Of a stretch of 64,000 nucleotides of DNA, positions 22,362 through 32,982 are shown piece by piece. Each line of letters opens with the position of its first letter. Position 1 is the stretch's first letter. The notes under the pieces are model-generated. The model made no database searches. It had not been told where the DNA came from and worked only from the letters and a program-made list of their open reading frames with translations. The DNA is taken from positions 8,110 through 72,109 of the forward strand of contig CAWJBB010000067.1 in assembly GCA_963840855.1 (NCBI GenBank), read 5' to 3'. A program made the translations under genes and the position numbers. The DNA is from an uncultured delta proteobacterium (lineage in GTDB: Bacteria; Desulfobacterota; Binatia; UBA9968).

Positions 22362-24520
22362 TCGCGCCCGATCGCATCGTCGCGACCACATGCCCCTACT
22401 GCGGCGTGGGATGCAACCTGGAGCTGCACATCAAGGACGACTACGTCTACAAAGTGACGTCGCCGTTTGACGCGGTGGTCAACCACGGCAACCTGTGCGT
22501 CAAAGGACGTTTCGGTTACGATTTCATTTACAACAAGGACCGGGTGACGACGCCGCTTATTCGCAAGACAGCGCAGGCGCCTGGCGCGCGCACCCAGGCC
22601 TTCGACCGCGACCAGTGGCGCGAGGTCTCCTGGGACGAGGCCCTCGATTACACCGCCGGCCGGTTGATCGAGATTTTCAAGCGCGATGGCGCAGACGCCA
22701 TGGCGGTCTACTGCTGCGCCAAAGCAACCAACGAGGACAACTATCTCCTGCAGAAGCTGTTCCGCGCCCTGTTCCGTACCAATAACGTGGATCACTGCAC
22801 CCGCTTGTGCCATGCCGGCTCGGTGGTCGCGCTGCAAATGGCGATCGGCTCCTCGGCCATGAGCAACACCGCCGCCGAGGTCATTCACAGCGACGTTTTT
22901 CTCGTGACCGGCTCCAACACGGCCGAGACTCATCCGATCATTGCGCTGCAAATGAAGGCGGCCGTGGCCAACCACGGCGCCAAGCTCATCGTCGTGGATC
23001 CCCGGCGGGTGGAGATGGTCGACTGGGCTGCGCTCTGGTTGCCCGAGAAGCCGGGCACCGACGTGCCGCTCTTTTCCGCCATGGCGCATGTCATCATCAA
23101 GGAGCGGCTTTATAACCAGGATTTCATCGAGCGGCGCACCGAAGGTTTCAGAGACTTCTCCAAATCAATGGAGAAATTCACCCCCGCATACGCCGAGGCG
23201 ATTTCCGGCGTGGACCGCAATCTGATCGTCGAGGCGGCCCGGATGTACGCCACGGCAAAGAACGCGGGGATTTATTGGGCGCTGGGTATTCCAGAGCATT
23301 CGCACGGCACCGACAACGCGATGTCCCTCATCCACCTGGCGCTGCTCACCGGCCACATCGGCCGCAAAGGCACCGGTCTCAATCCGCTGCGCGGACAAAA
23401 CAACGTGCAGGGCGCGTCGGATTCCGGCGCCATGCCATGGCACTATCCGGGTTATCAGCGGGTCGACGACGAAGCGGCGGCGCGCAAATTCGAGCAGGCT
23501 TGGCAGAGCGAGCCCGGCGCGCTGAACCGCAAGCTGGGGCTGACGACAACCGAGATCATGAGCGCGGTCAGGCCGGGCGGGGTGCGCGCTCTTCACATCA
23601 TGGGCGAGAATCCGATGATGTCCGAGCCCAACCTCAACCACACGCGCCATATGATCGAGCAGTTGGAGTTCCTGGTGGCGCAGGATTTGTTCATCAACGA
23701 GTCCGGCGCCTATGCCGACGTCTTCCTGCCGGCGGCTTCCTGGGCGGAGAAGGAGGGCACGTTTACCAATACCGACCGCCGCGTCCAACGCGTGCGCAAG
23801 GCGCTGGAGCCGCGCGGCCAGTCGCGGCCCGATTGGGAAATTATCTGTGGTCTTGCCGAGCGCATCGAGAAGCGGCTTGGCCGTCCGCAGACAGCCTTCT
23901 GGGCATACCAGAGCCCAGCCGAAGTGCTCGAAGAGATGGGCCGTGTGGTTCCTGAATATGCCGGAGTGAAATATCGGCGCATCGAAAACCAGGGCTTGCA
24001 GACGCCGGTGTGGGATGACAACCATCCCGGCACGCCCTATCTCTTCGCTGAAACTTTTCCCAGCGGCAAGGGCAAGTTCCACCCCCTCGAGTACGTGCCG
24101 TCGGTGGAGATGCCGGACGATGAATACCCTTTCATCCTCACAACCGGACGCCTGCTCGAACACTGGCACGGCGGCACCCTCACGCGCCATTCGAAGCTCG
24201 ACGAGCTCTATCCCGAGGCGCGCATCGAAATAAATCCAGCGGATGCCGCCCGCCTCAAGATCGAAGACGGAGAATCGGTGCGCGTCTCGTCGCGGCGCGG
24301 CTCCATCGTCCTGCGCGCCTGGGTGACACAGCGAACAACCGTGGGCGTGGTCTTCATCCCCATGCATTTTGCCGAAGCCGCCGCGAACCTGCTCACCATC
24401 GACGCCCTGGATCCGCTGGCCAAGATTCCTGAGTACAAGGCCTGCGCAGTGCGGGTCGTACCCGCGGACAAGGAACAACTAGCGCGGCCAGAGGGAAAAG
24501 TGGAAAGGGGGAGATACTAG
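22358..24520 (+). CDS. fdhF: Formate dehydrogenase alpha subunit, Mo/W-bis-PGD, Cys-type
   Basis: [59 protein letters not shown]; ATGA overlap with the upstream gene. Confidence 0.92.
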   Translation: MIAPDRIVATTCPYCGVGCNLELHIKDDYVYKVTSPFDAVVNHGNLCVKGRFGYDFIYNKDRVTTPLIRKTAQAPGARTQAFDRDQWREVSWDEALDYTAGRLIEIFKRDGADAMAVYCCAKATNEDNYLLQKLFRALFRTNNVDHCTRLCHAGSVVALQMAIGSSAMSNTAAEVIHSDVFLVTGSNTAETHPIIALQMKAAVANHGAKLIVVDPRRVEMVDWAALWLPEKPGTDVPLFSAMAHVIIKERLYNQDFIERRTEGFRDFSKSMEKFTPAYAEAISGVDRNLIVEAARMYATAKNAGIYWALGIPEHSHGTDNAMSLIHLALLTGHIGRKGTGLNPLRGQNNVQGASDSGAMPWHYPGYQRVDDEAAARKFEQAWQSEPGALNRKLGLTTTEIMSAVRPGGVRALHIMGENPMMSEPNLNHTRHMIEQLEFLVAQDLFINESGAYADVFLPAASWAEKEGTFTNTDRRVQRVRKALEPRGQSRPDWEIICGLAERIEKRLGRPQTAFWAYQSPAEVLEEMGRVVPEYAGVKYRRIENQGLQTPVWDDNHPGTPYLFAETFPSGKGKFHPLEYVPSVEMPDDEYPFILTTGRLLEHWHGGTLTRHSKLDELYPEARIEINPADAARLKIEDGESVRVSSRRGSIVLRAWVTQRTTVGVVFIPMHFAEAAANLLTIDALDPLAKIPEYKACAVRVVPADKEQLARPEGKVERGRY

Positions 24521-24628
24521 CGCGAAGGAACCCGTTCAAGCCGTCCAAAACGTGTTCTGAACGGTCCAGTCGTGATGTCATCCTGAATAGCTTCGCTTTG
24601 TAACTATCAACGTCGAATTCCTCTAGAC

Positions 24629-25543
24629 TTGCGATCCTTGCGGCCGGTAATCTTGCGAATGATCCGCACTCAGCATCGACGATTGACCGCCGCAATAAGG
24701 ATTGGAACCAACCGATTGTACACGAACGTAGTTCCAAAGCTACGACTTGGGTGGCTACTGCTAGCCTGGGTCGCCGGCATGTGCGCCTCCGCCGCGCATG
24801 GAGCCGAGATTAAAATCGCCGGCCAAGCCGCGGTACTCATGGAAACGCGTGGGGGCAAGATACTCTGGCAGCGCAATCAAGACCTCTCTCTAGCACCGGC
24901 AAGTACGACAAAAATTCTTACCGCCCTGGTTGTGCTCGAACGAAGCCAAGCTAGCGACATCGTCACGATTCCCGGTGAAGCGACGCTCGCCACCGGAGGG
25001 ACCGTCCATCTTCAAACGGGCGAGCGGCTGTCCGTTGAACAATTGCTGTACGGCATGATGCTTGGGTCCGCCAACGACGCGGCCATCGCGCTGGCAACAC
25101 ACGCCGGTGGCTCCGTGGAGAAATTCGTCGGTCTGATGAATGACAAAGCGCGGAGTCTCGGCGCCCTCCGGTCTAGCTTTCGCAATCCCACCGGACTGCC
25201 GCAAAAAGGCCATGTGACGACGGCGCGTGATCTGGCGATGATTACCCGAGCGGCGCTGGCAAATGTTGAGTTTCGCAAGATCGTCGCCGCGAAAAACCTG
25301 CCATGGAAAAGTGCCAAGTGGCAAGGTGAGCTCAAAAACTCTAACGTGCTATTGAAAACCTACCACGGCGCTATCGGTGTTAAAACGGGACAAACCAGCG
25401 AAGCCGGTTTTTGTTTCGTGGCCGCGGCCGCGCGCGGCGAAGAAAATTTCATCGCGGTGATTCTCAAAAGCACCGAGAAGTCCGGCTGGCAAGATGCGCA
25501 AAAGCTTCTCGACCATGGCTTCAAAAATTTCGCCGCCAAGTAG
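24629..25543 (+). CDS. D-alanyl-D-alanine carboxypeptidase (peptidase S11); true start probably downstream of 24629
   Basis: PASTTK (SxxK), SAN (SxN) and KTG motifs. Confidence 0.9.
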   Translation: MRSLRPVILRMIRTQHRRLTAAIRIGTNRLYTNVVPKLRLGWLLLAWVAGMCASAAHGAEIKIAGQAAVLMETRGGKILWQRNQDLSLAPASTTKILTALVVLERSQASDIVTIPGEATLATGGTVHLQTGERLSVEQLLYGMMLGSANDAAIALATHAGGSVEKFVGLMNDKARSLGALRSSFRNPTGLPQKGHVTTARDLAMITRAALANVEFRKIVAAKNLPWKSAKWQGELKNSNVLLKTYHGAIGVKTGQTSEAGFCFVAAAARGEENFIAVILKSTEKSGWQDAQKLLDHGFKNFAAK

Positions 25544-25682
25544 CCAGAACTATTTACCGAAGCGACCTGGGAGCTGCCAAGCATCGACGCTATCGCGCGC
25601 CTCCGGACCGCAGTCCGAACCGGCTTGTAGGTAACTGCCGAAACATGCTAACGAAGGGAAAAATCGCAGGAGGTGCGCGCCG

Positions 25683-26393
25683 ATGAAAATTGTCAATCGC
25701 GATTTAACGACGGAAAAGGACGGCGTCCCGGGCTACCTCGCCCATCCTGACCGCAAAGAACCCGGTCCCGGCGTGCTGATCGTACATCACCACTACGGCG
25801 TAACCGGAAACATGAAGGTAAACGTCTGCAACTACGCTAAACTGGGCTACACGACGATCGTCCCCGACCTCTACAAGATGCTCGGCGCCGCCGACGGCGT
25901 CCATGAAGCGCAGAAACACACCACTGACGGTCAGTTCGTGGAGATCATCAACAAAGCCTGGCGCTATCTCACGTCGCGGCCCGAAGTGGACAGCAAGCGC
26001 TGCGCCGTCGTCGGCTACTGCATGGGTGGCCGCATCGGTATCCACTTCGTCGCCGTGACGCCGAGCGCGAAAGGTTTCGTCGGCTATTACCCCTCGGTGC
26101 GCGATGAAGGACCGAGCGCGCTTCGCCCGCGCCATCCCAACGAAGCGGCGCGCGACTTCAAATGCCCGTCCCTGATTTTCTTCGGCAACAAGGACCACGT
26201 CGCAAGCGTTCCCGTGCAACAGCGCTTGATGGAAAGCTTTCAAGCCAACGGCCAGCCGCTGGATTGGCACTTCTTGCACAACGCCGGCCACGGCTTCGCC
26301 ATGGCCGATGGCGAGTGCTACGATCCGCGTTTGGCGGACCTTGCCTGGACGCTCACTGCGGATTTTTTGACGCGGGAGCTGGGGAACGAATAA
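25683..26393 (+). CDS. Dienelactone hydrolase family protein
   Basis: GYCMGG nucleophile motif, AGHGF. Confidence 0.9.
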   Translation: MKIVNRDLTTEKDGVPGYLAHPDRKEPGPGVLIVHHHYGVTGNMKVNVCNYAKLGYTTIVPDLYKMLGAADGVHEAQKHTTDGQFVEIINKAWRYLTSRPEVDSKRCAVVGYCMGGRIGIHFVAVTPSAKGFVGYYPSVRDEGPSALRPRHPNEAARDFKCPSLIFFGNKDHVASVPVQQRLMESFQANGQPLDWHFLHNAGHGFAMADGECYDPRLADLAWTLTADFLTRELGNE

Positions 26394-26519
26394 GCCGACC
26401 GGTTCAACGTATTCCGGTCCTTTATGAACCGCGTAGGGATGATTCCTAACTTTGAACCTTTCTCAGCGCGCTCCGCGTCTCCGTGGTGAAATCTCCTAAT
26501 CTGCACCTAGCTCTCTGGC

Positions 26520-27695
26520 CTATATGATGCCCTTTTCCTTGAACGTGGCGATCTTGTTCTCGTCATAGCCCAGCGCCGTCAAAAACTCTTGGTTATTTCC
26601 CCCTAGCTCCGGCGGCGGAATCGGATGGGGCGCCTTGGTGTCGCTGTATTCGAGAGGAAATTTTACCGTGCGGATAGTCGGCTTGCCTTTCCGCTCGATC
26701 TGAATCTGCAAGCCCATGTGTTGGACCTGGGGGTCTTCGAATACTTCTTTCAAATTGTAAACCGGCGTATGCGGCACATCATGGGCTTCAAGCCGTTCCA
26801 GCCAGTGTGCGCGAGGTTTTGCCTTGAAAAACTCCGCGAAAACTCTGCTCAGCTCATCGTAATTCTTGCGCCGCTCCGCCCGCGTTTTGAATCGCTCATC
26901 ATCGATCAACTCGGGATGCTCCACCGCATTGCACAATCCTTCCCAAAATTTCTGTGGCGAGGAAAGGTGAATCGCCAGCATGGCACCCTCCAAGCAGGAA
27001 AAGGCATAGGTCTGCGACTGGCGCGGCCGCGTGTACGGGCCGGGCACTCGACCATGGGAGAGTGTCTCCGTCGCCGGCGCGTTCAAGAACGCCAGGATAG
27101 AGCCGACCATCGTCGCATCGATCTGTTGTCCTTTCCCCGTGCGGGTCCGTGCCATCAATGCGCTCAACACACCGAGCGCCGAAAACATGCCGCTCAGGCA
27201 GTCCGAGTAGGCCGGACCGATGGGCTTCGGATTTTTCGGATCCATGAGCACGCTCATCATGCCGCCCATGCCTTGCCCGACGGTGTCATAAGCGGGCCGG
27301 TTGACGTAAGGCCCCGTGGGACCGGTGCCCGTGATCGAGCAGCAAACGATTCGTTCGTTGATCTTGCGCAAAGTCTCGAAATCAATTCCAAGTTTTTTCG
27401 TCACGCCGGGGCGATAGTTGTCCATCACCACGTCCGCATTTTTAACCAGCCCGTAGAAAATTTCTTTGCCCTCGGCTGTCTGCAAGTTCAACGTGATGCT
27501 TTTCTTACCGCGGTTGTAGGCCCAGAAATTCGGCTGATCGCCGCCCAGGTCCCAGCCGCGGAACGGATCGCCGCCCTTGGGATTTTCAACTTTGATCACT
27601 TCCGCGCCCATGTCCGCGAGCAGCATCGCGCCGTAGGGCCCGGAAATAAAATTGCCTAACTCCAAAACCCGAATGCCATCCAATGAACCGCTCAT
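26520..27695 (-). CDS. Family III (CaiB/BaiF) CoA-transferase
   Basis: LDGIRVLEL, LADMGAEVIKVE, NRGKKS, NYRPG. Confidence 0.92.
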   Translation of the reverse strand: MSGSLDGIRVLELGNFISGPYGAMLLADMGAEVIKVENPKGGDPFRGWDLGGDQPNFWAYNRGKKSITLNLQTAEGKEIFYGLVKNADVVMDNYRPGVTKKLGIDFETLRKINERIVCCSITGTGPTGPYVNRPAYDTVGQGMGGMMSVLMDPKNPKPIGPAYSDCLSGMFSALGVLSALMARTRTGKGQQIDATMVGSILAFLNAPATETLSHGRVPGPYTRPRQSQTYAFSCLEGAMLAIHLSSPQKFWEGLCNAVEHPELIDDERFKTRAERRKNYDELSRVFAEFFKAKPRAHWLERLEAHDVPHTPVYNLKEVFEDPQVQHMGLQIQIERKGKPTIRTVKFPLEYSDTKAPHPIPPPELGGNNQEFLTALGYDENKIATFKEKGII

Positions 27696-27839
27696 TCTTG
27701 ATCTCCTTACTCCAGGGTAGTCTCTCTATCCCGGCTCGTGTTACCTCACGCCTCGCGCCTATTTTTCTATTGCCTATTGCCTAATGCTTTCCTATTCGGA
27801 TATTGAAACTTCATATCTTTCATTGCAAAGGAGAACAAG

Positions 27840-29207
27840 ATGGCCACACCCCCACCCGTAACTGATACCCTCGCGCGCTTCGTCGCCGAAACTAACTATT
27901 CCACCATATCGGAAAAGGCTTTAGCCAATGCCAAGATGCATATTCTAGACACGCTTGGGGTCGCGCTAGTTGGCGTTTCAACGGACGCGCCCCGCATAGC
28001 ATTGGAATATTGCAAGCGCTTCGGCGATAGCCAGGAGTCGGCGATCTGGGGGACCCGTCAGAGGAGTTCCACTCCTATGGCCGCCTTCGCCAACGGCCTG
28101 ATGGCCCACGCCATCGATTACGACGACTGGGAACCTTTCGTCCATGCCGGACATCCCAGCAGCATGGTCGTCGGCGCGGCGCTCAGCCTGGGGGAAAACA
28201 TCGGCGCATCGGGCAACGAGCTGCTTAAAGCCTACGCGTTAGGTATCGAAGTTCTTACGAAGATCGCCGCGGGAAGCCCTAACCTGCAAGCTCGTGGTTT
28301 TCACAGCACACCGGTTTTGGGAAGCATCGGGGCAGCGGTCGCGTGCGCCAGCTTGCTTAAGCTCGACCCGGGGAAAATCAAAGCGGCTTTGGGCGTCGCC
28401 GCGTCCGGCTGCGGCGGCATCCACCGCCAGCAGGGCTCGATGGTCAAACCCTTCCACGCCGGCAACTCGGCGCGCAACGGCGTCGAAGCCGCTCTACTCG
28501 CCGAGAAAGGCTTCACTGCGGACCCCGCCATCTTCGAGGCGCCGCGCGGCTTCTGCGATACATTTTTCGGCAAGGACACGTGCGACTACGACCAGATGAT
28601 CACCAACATCGGCAAGCCCTATTTTCTCGAAGCTCCCGGTCTCGGCCTGAAGATGCACCCTTGCAGCGCACCGCAGTTTCTCGCGGCCGACGCGGCGTTG
28701 CACCTCAATCGCGAGCATAAAATTAACTTCGCCGACGTGGCCAAGATCGAAGTCAGAATCCCACCGGAACGCTACAAGCGCCACTACCATGCCGAGGTAA
28801 GGACCGGCCTGCGCGGCAAATTCGCGATCAACTACGTCGTCGCGCTGGGTGTCATGGACGGCAAGCTGGAGATTGCCACGTTCACCGATGAGAAAGTAAA
28901 CCAGCCGCAAACGCAAGAAGCGCTAGGTAAAGTGAACGTTATCGTCGATGAATCGATTCCCGAACCGGGACCCTATTGTCCGGTCTCCGTGGAGATGAAA
29001 AACGGCGCGCGTTTCTCCCACACGGCAAGAATCGCCAAGGGCGATCCGCGCAATCCGATGACCGACGAAGAAGTGCTGCAGAAGTTTCGTAGCAACGCGA
29101 AGTCGGTGCTCTCCCAAGAGCAAGCCGGGAAATTAGCCGCCGTCGTCCACGATCTCGAAGCCGTGAGTGACATCCGGCAAGTAACGGCTCTCCTGACCCC
29201 GCTGTGA
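27840..29207 (+). CDS. MmgE/PrpD family protein
   Basis: AAFANG..AHAIDYDD, GHPS, GFHST, KPFHAG, KGDPRNPM. Confidence 0.92.
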   Translation: MATPPPVTDTLARFVAETNYSTISEKALANAKMHILDTLGVALVGVSTDAPRIALEYCKRFGDSQESAIWGTRQRSSTPMAAFANGLMAHAIDYDDWEPFVHAGHPSSMVVGAALSLGENIGASGNELLKAYALGIEVLTKIAAGSPNLQARGFHSTPVLGSIGAAVACASLLKLDPGKIKAALGVAASGCGGIHRQQGSMVKPFHAGNSARNGVEAALLAEKGFTADPAIFEAPRGFCDTFFGKDTCDYDQMITNIGKPYFLEAPGLGLKMHPCSAPQFLAADAALHLNREHKINFADVAKIEVRIPPERYKRHYHAEVRTGLRGKFAINYVVALGVMDGKLEIATFTDEKVNQPQTQEALGKVNVIVDESIPEPGPYCPVSVEMKNGARFSHTARIAKGDPRNPMTDEEVLQKFRSNAKSVLSQEQAGKLAAVVHDLEAVSDIRQVTALLTPL

Positions 29208-29222
29208 CGGTCGCCGCTCAGC

Positions 29223-29297
29223 GGCGGTTCGAAGTTCAACGTTCAACGTTCAACGTCCCCCCTCCCCACCTTGAACCTTAAACGTTGAACTCTGAAC
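29223..29297. repeat. Heptamer palindromic element (GTTCAAC arm / TTGAAC arm), copy 1
   Basis: gttcaac x3, tcccccctcccc spacer, ttgaac-type repeats; near reverse complement of 50479-50553. Confidence 0.85.
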
Positions 29298-30157
29298 TAT
29301 ATCTTTTGCGGCAGAGCTTTTTTCAACGCTGCGCGCGGGATCTTGTAACGGTTATAACTCCAATTGTATTGACTTGGACAGCGTCGCACCAGGTCTTCGA
29401 TGACGCGATTGAGCGCAGCCTCGTCAAAATCTTCCTCTGGCACCGGCTGATACTCGATGCGGTAGCCCTTGCCGCGCGGCAGGCGCTCGGCAAAGCAAGC
29501 GATCAATGCCGCCCCCGTAGCGCGCTGGAGTTTCTTGACCAGCGTCATGGTATAAGCAGGCCTGCCGAAGAAATCAGCCCACACTCCCCCTTCCGAATTC
29601 GGCGCCTGGTCCGGCGGCAGCGCGACTCCTTCGCCCCGTTTCAAAGCCCGCAAGAGCTTCTCGACACCTTTGAAGTCAGTGGCGGCCATTGAAATTTGCG
29701 CGCTTTGACCTCCTGACAACATGATAGGATGGCGCCACGGCTCCCGCGGCGGGCGATACAAAAGCGTGAGGGGCACATGTTGTCCGGTATAGCGCACGGC
29801 AATGGGAAATGAACCGAGATGAGGCAAGAGAAAAATGATACCTTTGCCGCGCCGATGCGCTTTCTCCACGAGATCCAAACCATGGCACTCGGCACAGAGA
29901 CGATCGAACTCCGCTTGCGGCGCGTACCATCCTTTGAACCATTCGATGACGCTCTTACCCGCCTGGCTGATGGATTCCTTCAGTAGCGCCCGGTATTCTA
30001 TTTCGCTCGAGCATATTCCGCTGCCCTGGAGACTATCCCGCAGCCGTTTGGCTTCTCTGCGCGAGCACCAATATGTGCACCAGCCGACAGTAACGCCAAC
30101 GCGGTGGTACCAGCGCATCGGCACTCGACTTATGAATTTCAGAAAAGCAATTAGCAT
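29297..30157 (-). CDS. Lipid A late acyltransferase-like (LpxL/LPLAT family)
   Basis: GKGIIFLLPHLG, LYRPP, LPPDQ, DFFG, PSQYNWSYNRYK. Confidence 0.85.
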   Translation of the reverse strand: MLIAFLKFISRVPMRWYHRVGVTVGWCTYWCSRREAKRLRDSLQGSGICSSEIEYRALLKESISQAGKSVIEWFKGWYAPQAEFDRLCAECHGLDLVEKAHRRGKGIIFLLPHLGSFPIAVRYTGQHVPLTLLYRPPREPWRHPIMLSGGQSAQISMAATDFKGVEKLLRALKRGEGVALPPDQAPNSEGGVWADFFGRPAYTMTLVKKLQRATGAALIACFAERLPRGKGYRIEYQPVPEEDFDEAALNRVIEDLVRRCPSQYNWSYNRYKIPRAALKKALPQKI

Positions 30158-30269
30158 GGAGAGTACTGCGGAGTTCAAAGCGTTCAAGCCGTTCAATACG
30201 ATTTCAACGAATACGGCCTGGGCGGTTCAATCGCATGGACATCCTAATTCAACTGCGGTAAGGAACCAA

Positions 30270-30450
30270 CTAGTGTGGTGTCCCAGAAATTCATCGGCAC
30301 AGTCGGTACTCGTTCTTTATCATTTCCGCGCAAGCGGGAATCCAGGGGTTTTTTTTCTGCTTTCCTGGATTCCGGCTCTCGCGTGCTCCCGCCCGCTCGG
30401 CCAAAATGACGCCGGAATTGTGTCAACGAACTTACGGGACACCATGCTAG
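30270..30450. mobile_element. MITE-like element with about 30-bp imperfect terminal inverted repeats and CTAG at both ends; internal REP-like hairpin
   Basis: ctagtgtggtgtcccagaaattcatcggcaca ... tgtgtcaacgaacttacgggacaccatgctag; internal gcgggaatccag...ctggattccgg. Confidence 0.7.
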
Positions 30451-30490
30451 TTCGCGCTTTCTCCACGAAAAGAACTTACGGAGGTTTCCC

Positions 30491-32611
30491 GTGCCTAGCA
30501 ATCAACCTTTAGCGCCGCTTTTTGAGGCCGATCGCATCGCGATTATCGGCGCCAGCGAGCGCAATCACTACGCCGTCAACGTTTTTAAGAATCTCCAGAA
30601 CTTCGGCTTCGATATCACCAAAGTCGTGCCGATCAATCCCGGCCGCCCGGAGGTTTTCGGCCTCAAAGCTTATCCAAGCATCGTCGACGTCCCGGGAGAC
30701 ATTCCTTTGGCGGTCATCGCTGTCAATACCAAGAGCGTCGTTTCCATCGTCGAAGAAGCCGGCAAGAAAGGAGTCAAGGCCGGCGTGATCTTTGCCGACG
30801 GTTTTGCCGAAGGCGGAGACGCAGGAAGGCAATTGCAAAACGATCTCACCGCCGCCGCCAGAGGCGCGAATCTGAAATTACTCGGACCCAATTGCATGGG
30901 CTTTGTTTCGATGCGCGCGAAGCTCGGCATCTGGGGCGGCGAGCTGCCGAAAAATATCCGCCCCGGCAACATCGGCTGCATCTTTCAAAGCAGCGGCATG
31001 ATGAACCTGCTGATGAATTTCGGCGTCAGACGTGGCCTCGGCTTCCATGTCTGTGCCAGCGGCGGCAACGAGATTATTTTGAACTCGGCGGATTATCTCG
31101 CCTATCAGGCGGACTGTCCAGAGATCGACGTCATCGCGAGCTATTTTGAAGCCGCCCCCAAGGAGCCGCAGCGGTTTGCCGCGGCGTTGGACCGCGCCAT
31201 CGCCAACGGCAAGAGCGTGTTGATTCTTCGCGCCGGTAGAAGCGATCGCGCCAAACGCAACGTCATCGCCCACACCGGCCAGCTCGCCGGCTCCGCCGCC
31301 ACGTGGGACGCTTTTTTCGAGCAACACGGCGCGATCATCGTCAACGACCTCGACGACCTGATCGATACCACCGCGCTTTTCGCCGGCGCCAAGCTACGGC
31401 CCGACAGGCATGAACGCGGCGTCGGGCTGATTACAATTTCCGGCGGCGATTGCACCTTGCTCTCCGACATCGCGGATCAAGAGGGCGTCACTGTGACGGA
31501 CTTGAGCCCTGAAACACAAAAAGTCATGGTCGATAGCCTGGAAAAGCCGACATTGCTCGGAAACCCTCTCGATATCGAAGACCTCCAGCGCATGAAGCCG
31601 GAAGCGTTCGATCTGTGCCTGGAAAAATTCTTTCGAGAACCAAAGATCGACATGCTCGGCATCCGGCTGAATCTACCGGAAACCATCACGCCTTCGGCGG
31701 ACAAGCTTTACACCCAGGTGTCCGATTTGAGCCGGCAAACTGATAAGCGTGTCTTCATTCTCACCCGCGCCACGGAGCCGCCCGCCGAAATTTGGTATGA
31801 CAAACTCAATAGCCTCGATCTCACGTTTACCGGCGATTACCGCAAATCGCTCCGCGCCATGAACCGCTTGCGCACGAACGAGCGCGACCGCGCCATCGGC
31901 CGCTTCTTGCCGGCGACTCGCCCGGGAGCCGCGCCTATTCGGCGGCAGTTGGGAAGTGGTGTCTTGACCTACCGCGAGACGGACAAATTGTTGCAAGACT
32001 ACGGCGTCCCGTTGGCGCCATCGGTGCTGGCGCGGTCCGCCGGCGAAGCCGCGCAAGCGGCGGAAAAACTCGGCTACCCATGCGTGTTGAAAGTCGCTTC
32101 CGTGGACATTCCGCACAAGACGGAATTCGGCGCGCTGCGCCTGGGACTGGACAGTCGCATAGCGGTTGAAAGAGCATACGAAGAAATGCTCACCAACGTT
32201 CGCAGGCAAAAACCGGACGCCAAAATCGAAGGCGTCTTGGTACAAAAACAGATCAAAGGCGTCGAATGTCTGCTCGGCACTTCGCGCGACGACCAGCTTG
32301 GCCCCACGTTGGTCATGGGTTTAGGCGGCGTGTTTGTCGAAATCCTCGCCGACGTGCAAATTCGCATTCCACCCATCAGCAGCGCCGAAGCCAGGCGCGC
32401 GCTGGAAAGTCTGAAGGGCGCTAAAATTTTCTCCGGTGTGCGCGGCGCGCCTCCGGTCGATATCGATGCGCTGGCCGATATGGCCGCGCGACTCTCGTGG
32501 CTTGCGTTCGATTACGGCGACGAGATTGCGGAGTTTGATCTCAATCCCGTGGTCGTCTTGCCCAAAGGGCAGGGCGCGTTCGCCGTCGACGCGTTGCTTG
32601 TCGCGCGCTAA
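30491..32611 (+). CDS. ADP-forming acyl-CoA synthetase (acetate--CoA ligase family, CoA-binding + ATP-grasp)
   Basis: IIGAS, LLGPNCMG, QSSG, AHTGQLAG, NPLD, HKTEFG, GLGGVFVE, DLNP. Confidence 0.9.
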   Translation: MPSNQPLAPLFEADRIAIIGASERNHYAVNVFKNLQNFGFDITKVVPINPGRPEVFGLKAYPSIVDVPGDIPLAVIAVNTKSVVSIVEEAGKKGVKAGVIFADGFAEGGDAGRQLQNDLTAAARGANLKLLGPNCMGFVSMRAKLGIWGGELPKNIRPGNIGCIFQSSGMMNLLMNFGVRRGLGFHVCASGGNEIILNSADYLAYQADCPEIDVIASYFEAAPKEPQRFAAALDRAIANGKSVLILRAGRSDRAKRNVIAHTGQLAGSAATWDAFFEQHGAIIVNDLDDLIDTTALFAGAKLRPDRHERGVGLITISGGDCTLLSDIADQEGVTVTDLSPETQKVMVDSLEKPTLLGNPLDIEDLQRMKPEAFDLCLEKFFREPKIDMLGIRLNLPETITPSADKLYTQVSDLSRQTDKRVFILTRATEPPAEIWYDKLNSLDLTFTGDYRKSLRAMNRLRTNERDRAIGRFLPATRPGAAPIRRQLGSGVLTYRETDKLLQDYGVPLAPSVLARSAGEAAQAAEKLGYPCVLKVASVDIPHKTEFGALRLGLDSRIAVERAYEEMLTNVRRQKPDAKIEGVLVQKQIKGVECLLGTSRDDQLGPTLVMGLGGVFVEILADVQIRIPPISSAEARRALESLKGAKIFSGVRGAPPVDIDALADMAARLSWLAFDYGDEIAEFDLNPVVVLPKGQGAFAVDALLVAR

Positions 32612-32982
32612 CCCTGTTTAATAGCTCAAACAGAGCGTTTGACCGAACGACGCTGGATTTGTCATTTCACCGCGGCGGCACGGAGTTACGGCTTGCCAAG
32701 TCCTGCCTTTTGCGAAGTCTGCGGAAGATGCCGCCGTTTGCGGAGTCGTCCTAGTTTTGCCGTCACCGAACAGTTCATCGAGGGACCGATAACGGTTCCA
32801 CAAACTTGAAAGGAGCACTTCGATGAATCAAAAGTATTTCGATCCATTTTCATAGCATCGACAAGAATTTCAAGGATTCATGCCCGACGCGTTTACCAGC
32901 GAAGAGACGCACGGATTTTTAGCTCACAGATTTTTATTCCCGGTAATCTAGATTCACAGGGGGAAATTGGCCAGAATCAATT

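Noticed and set aside
22807-22850. Selenocysteine or SECIS in the FDH alpha subunit
   Set aside because: The ligand codon is TGC (Cys) and the frame is uninterrupted.
23165-24478. 437-aa antisense ORF, and similar long shadow ORFs at 3745-4680, 22136-23089 and 26625-27659
   Set aside because: They lie opposite well-supported genes, carry no motifs, and are typical high-GC codon-bias artefacts.
32807-32900. Strong RBS plus the short ORF MNQKYFDPFS as a leader peptide
   Set aside because: No attenuator structure or codon enrichment; more likely a decayed gene start.
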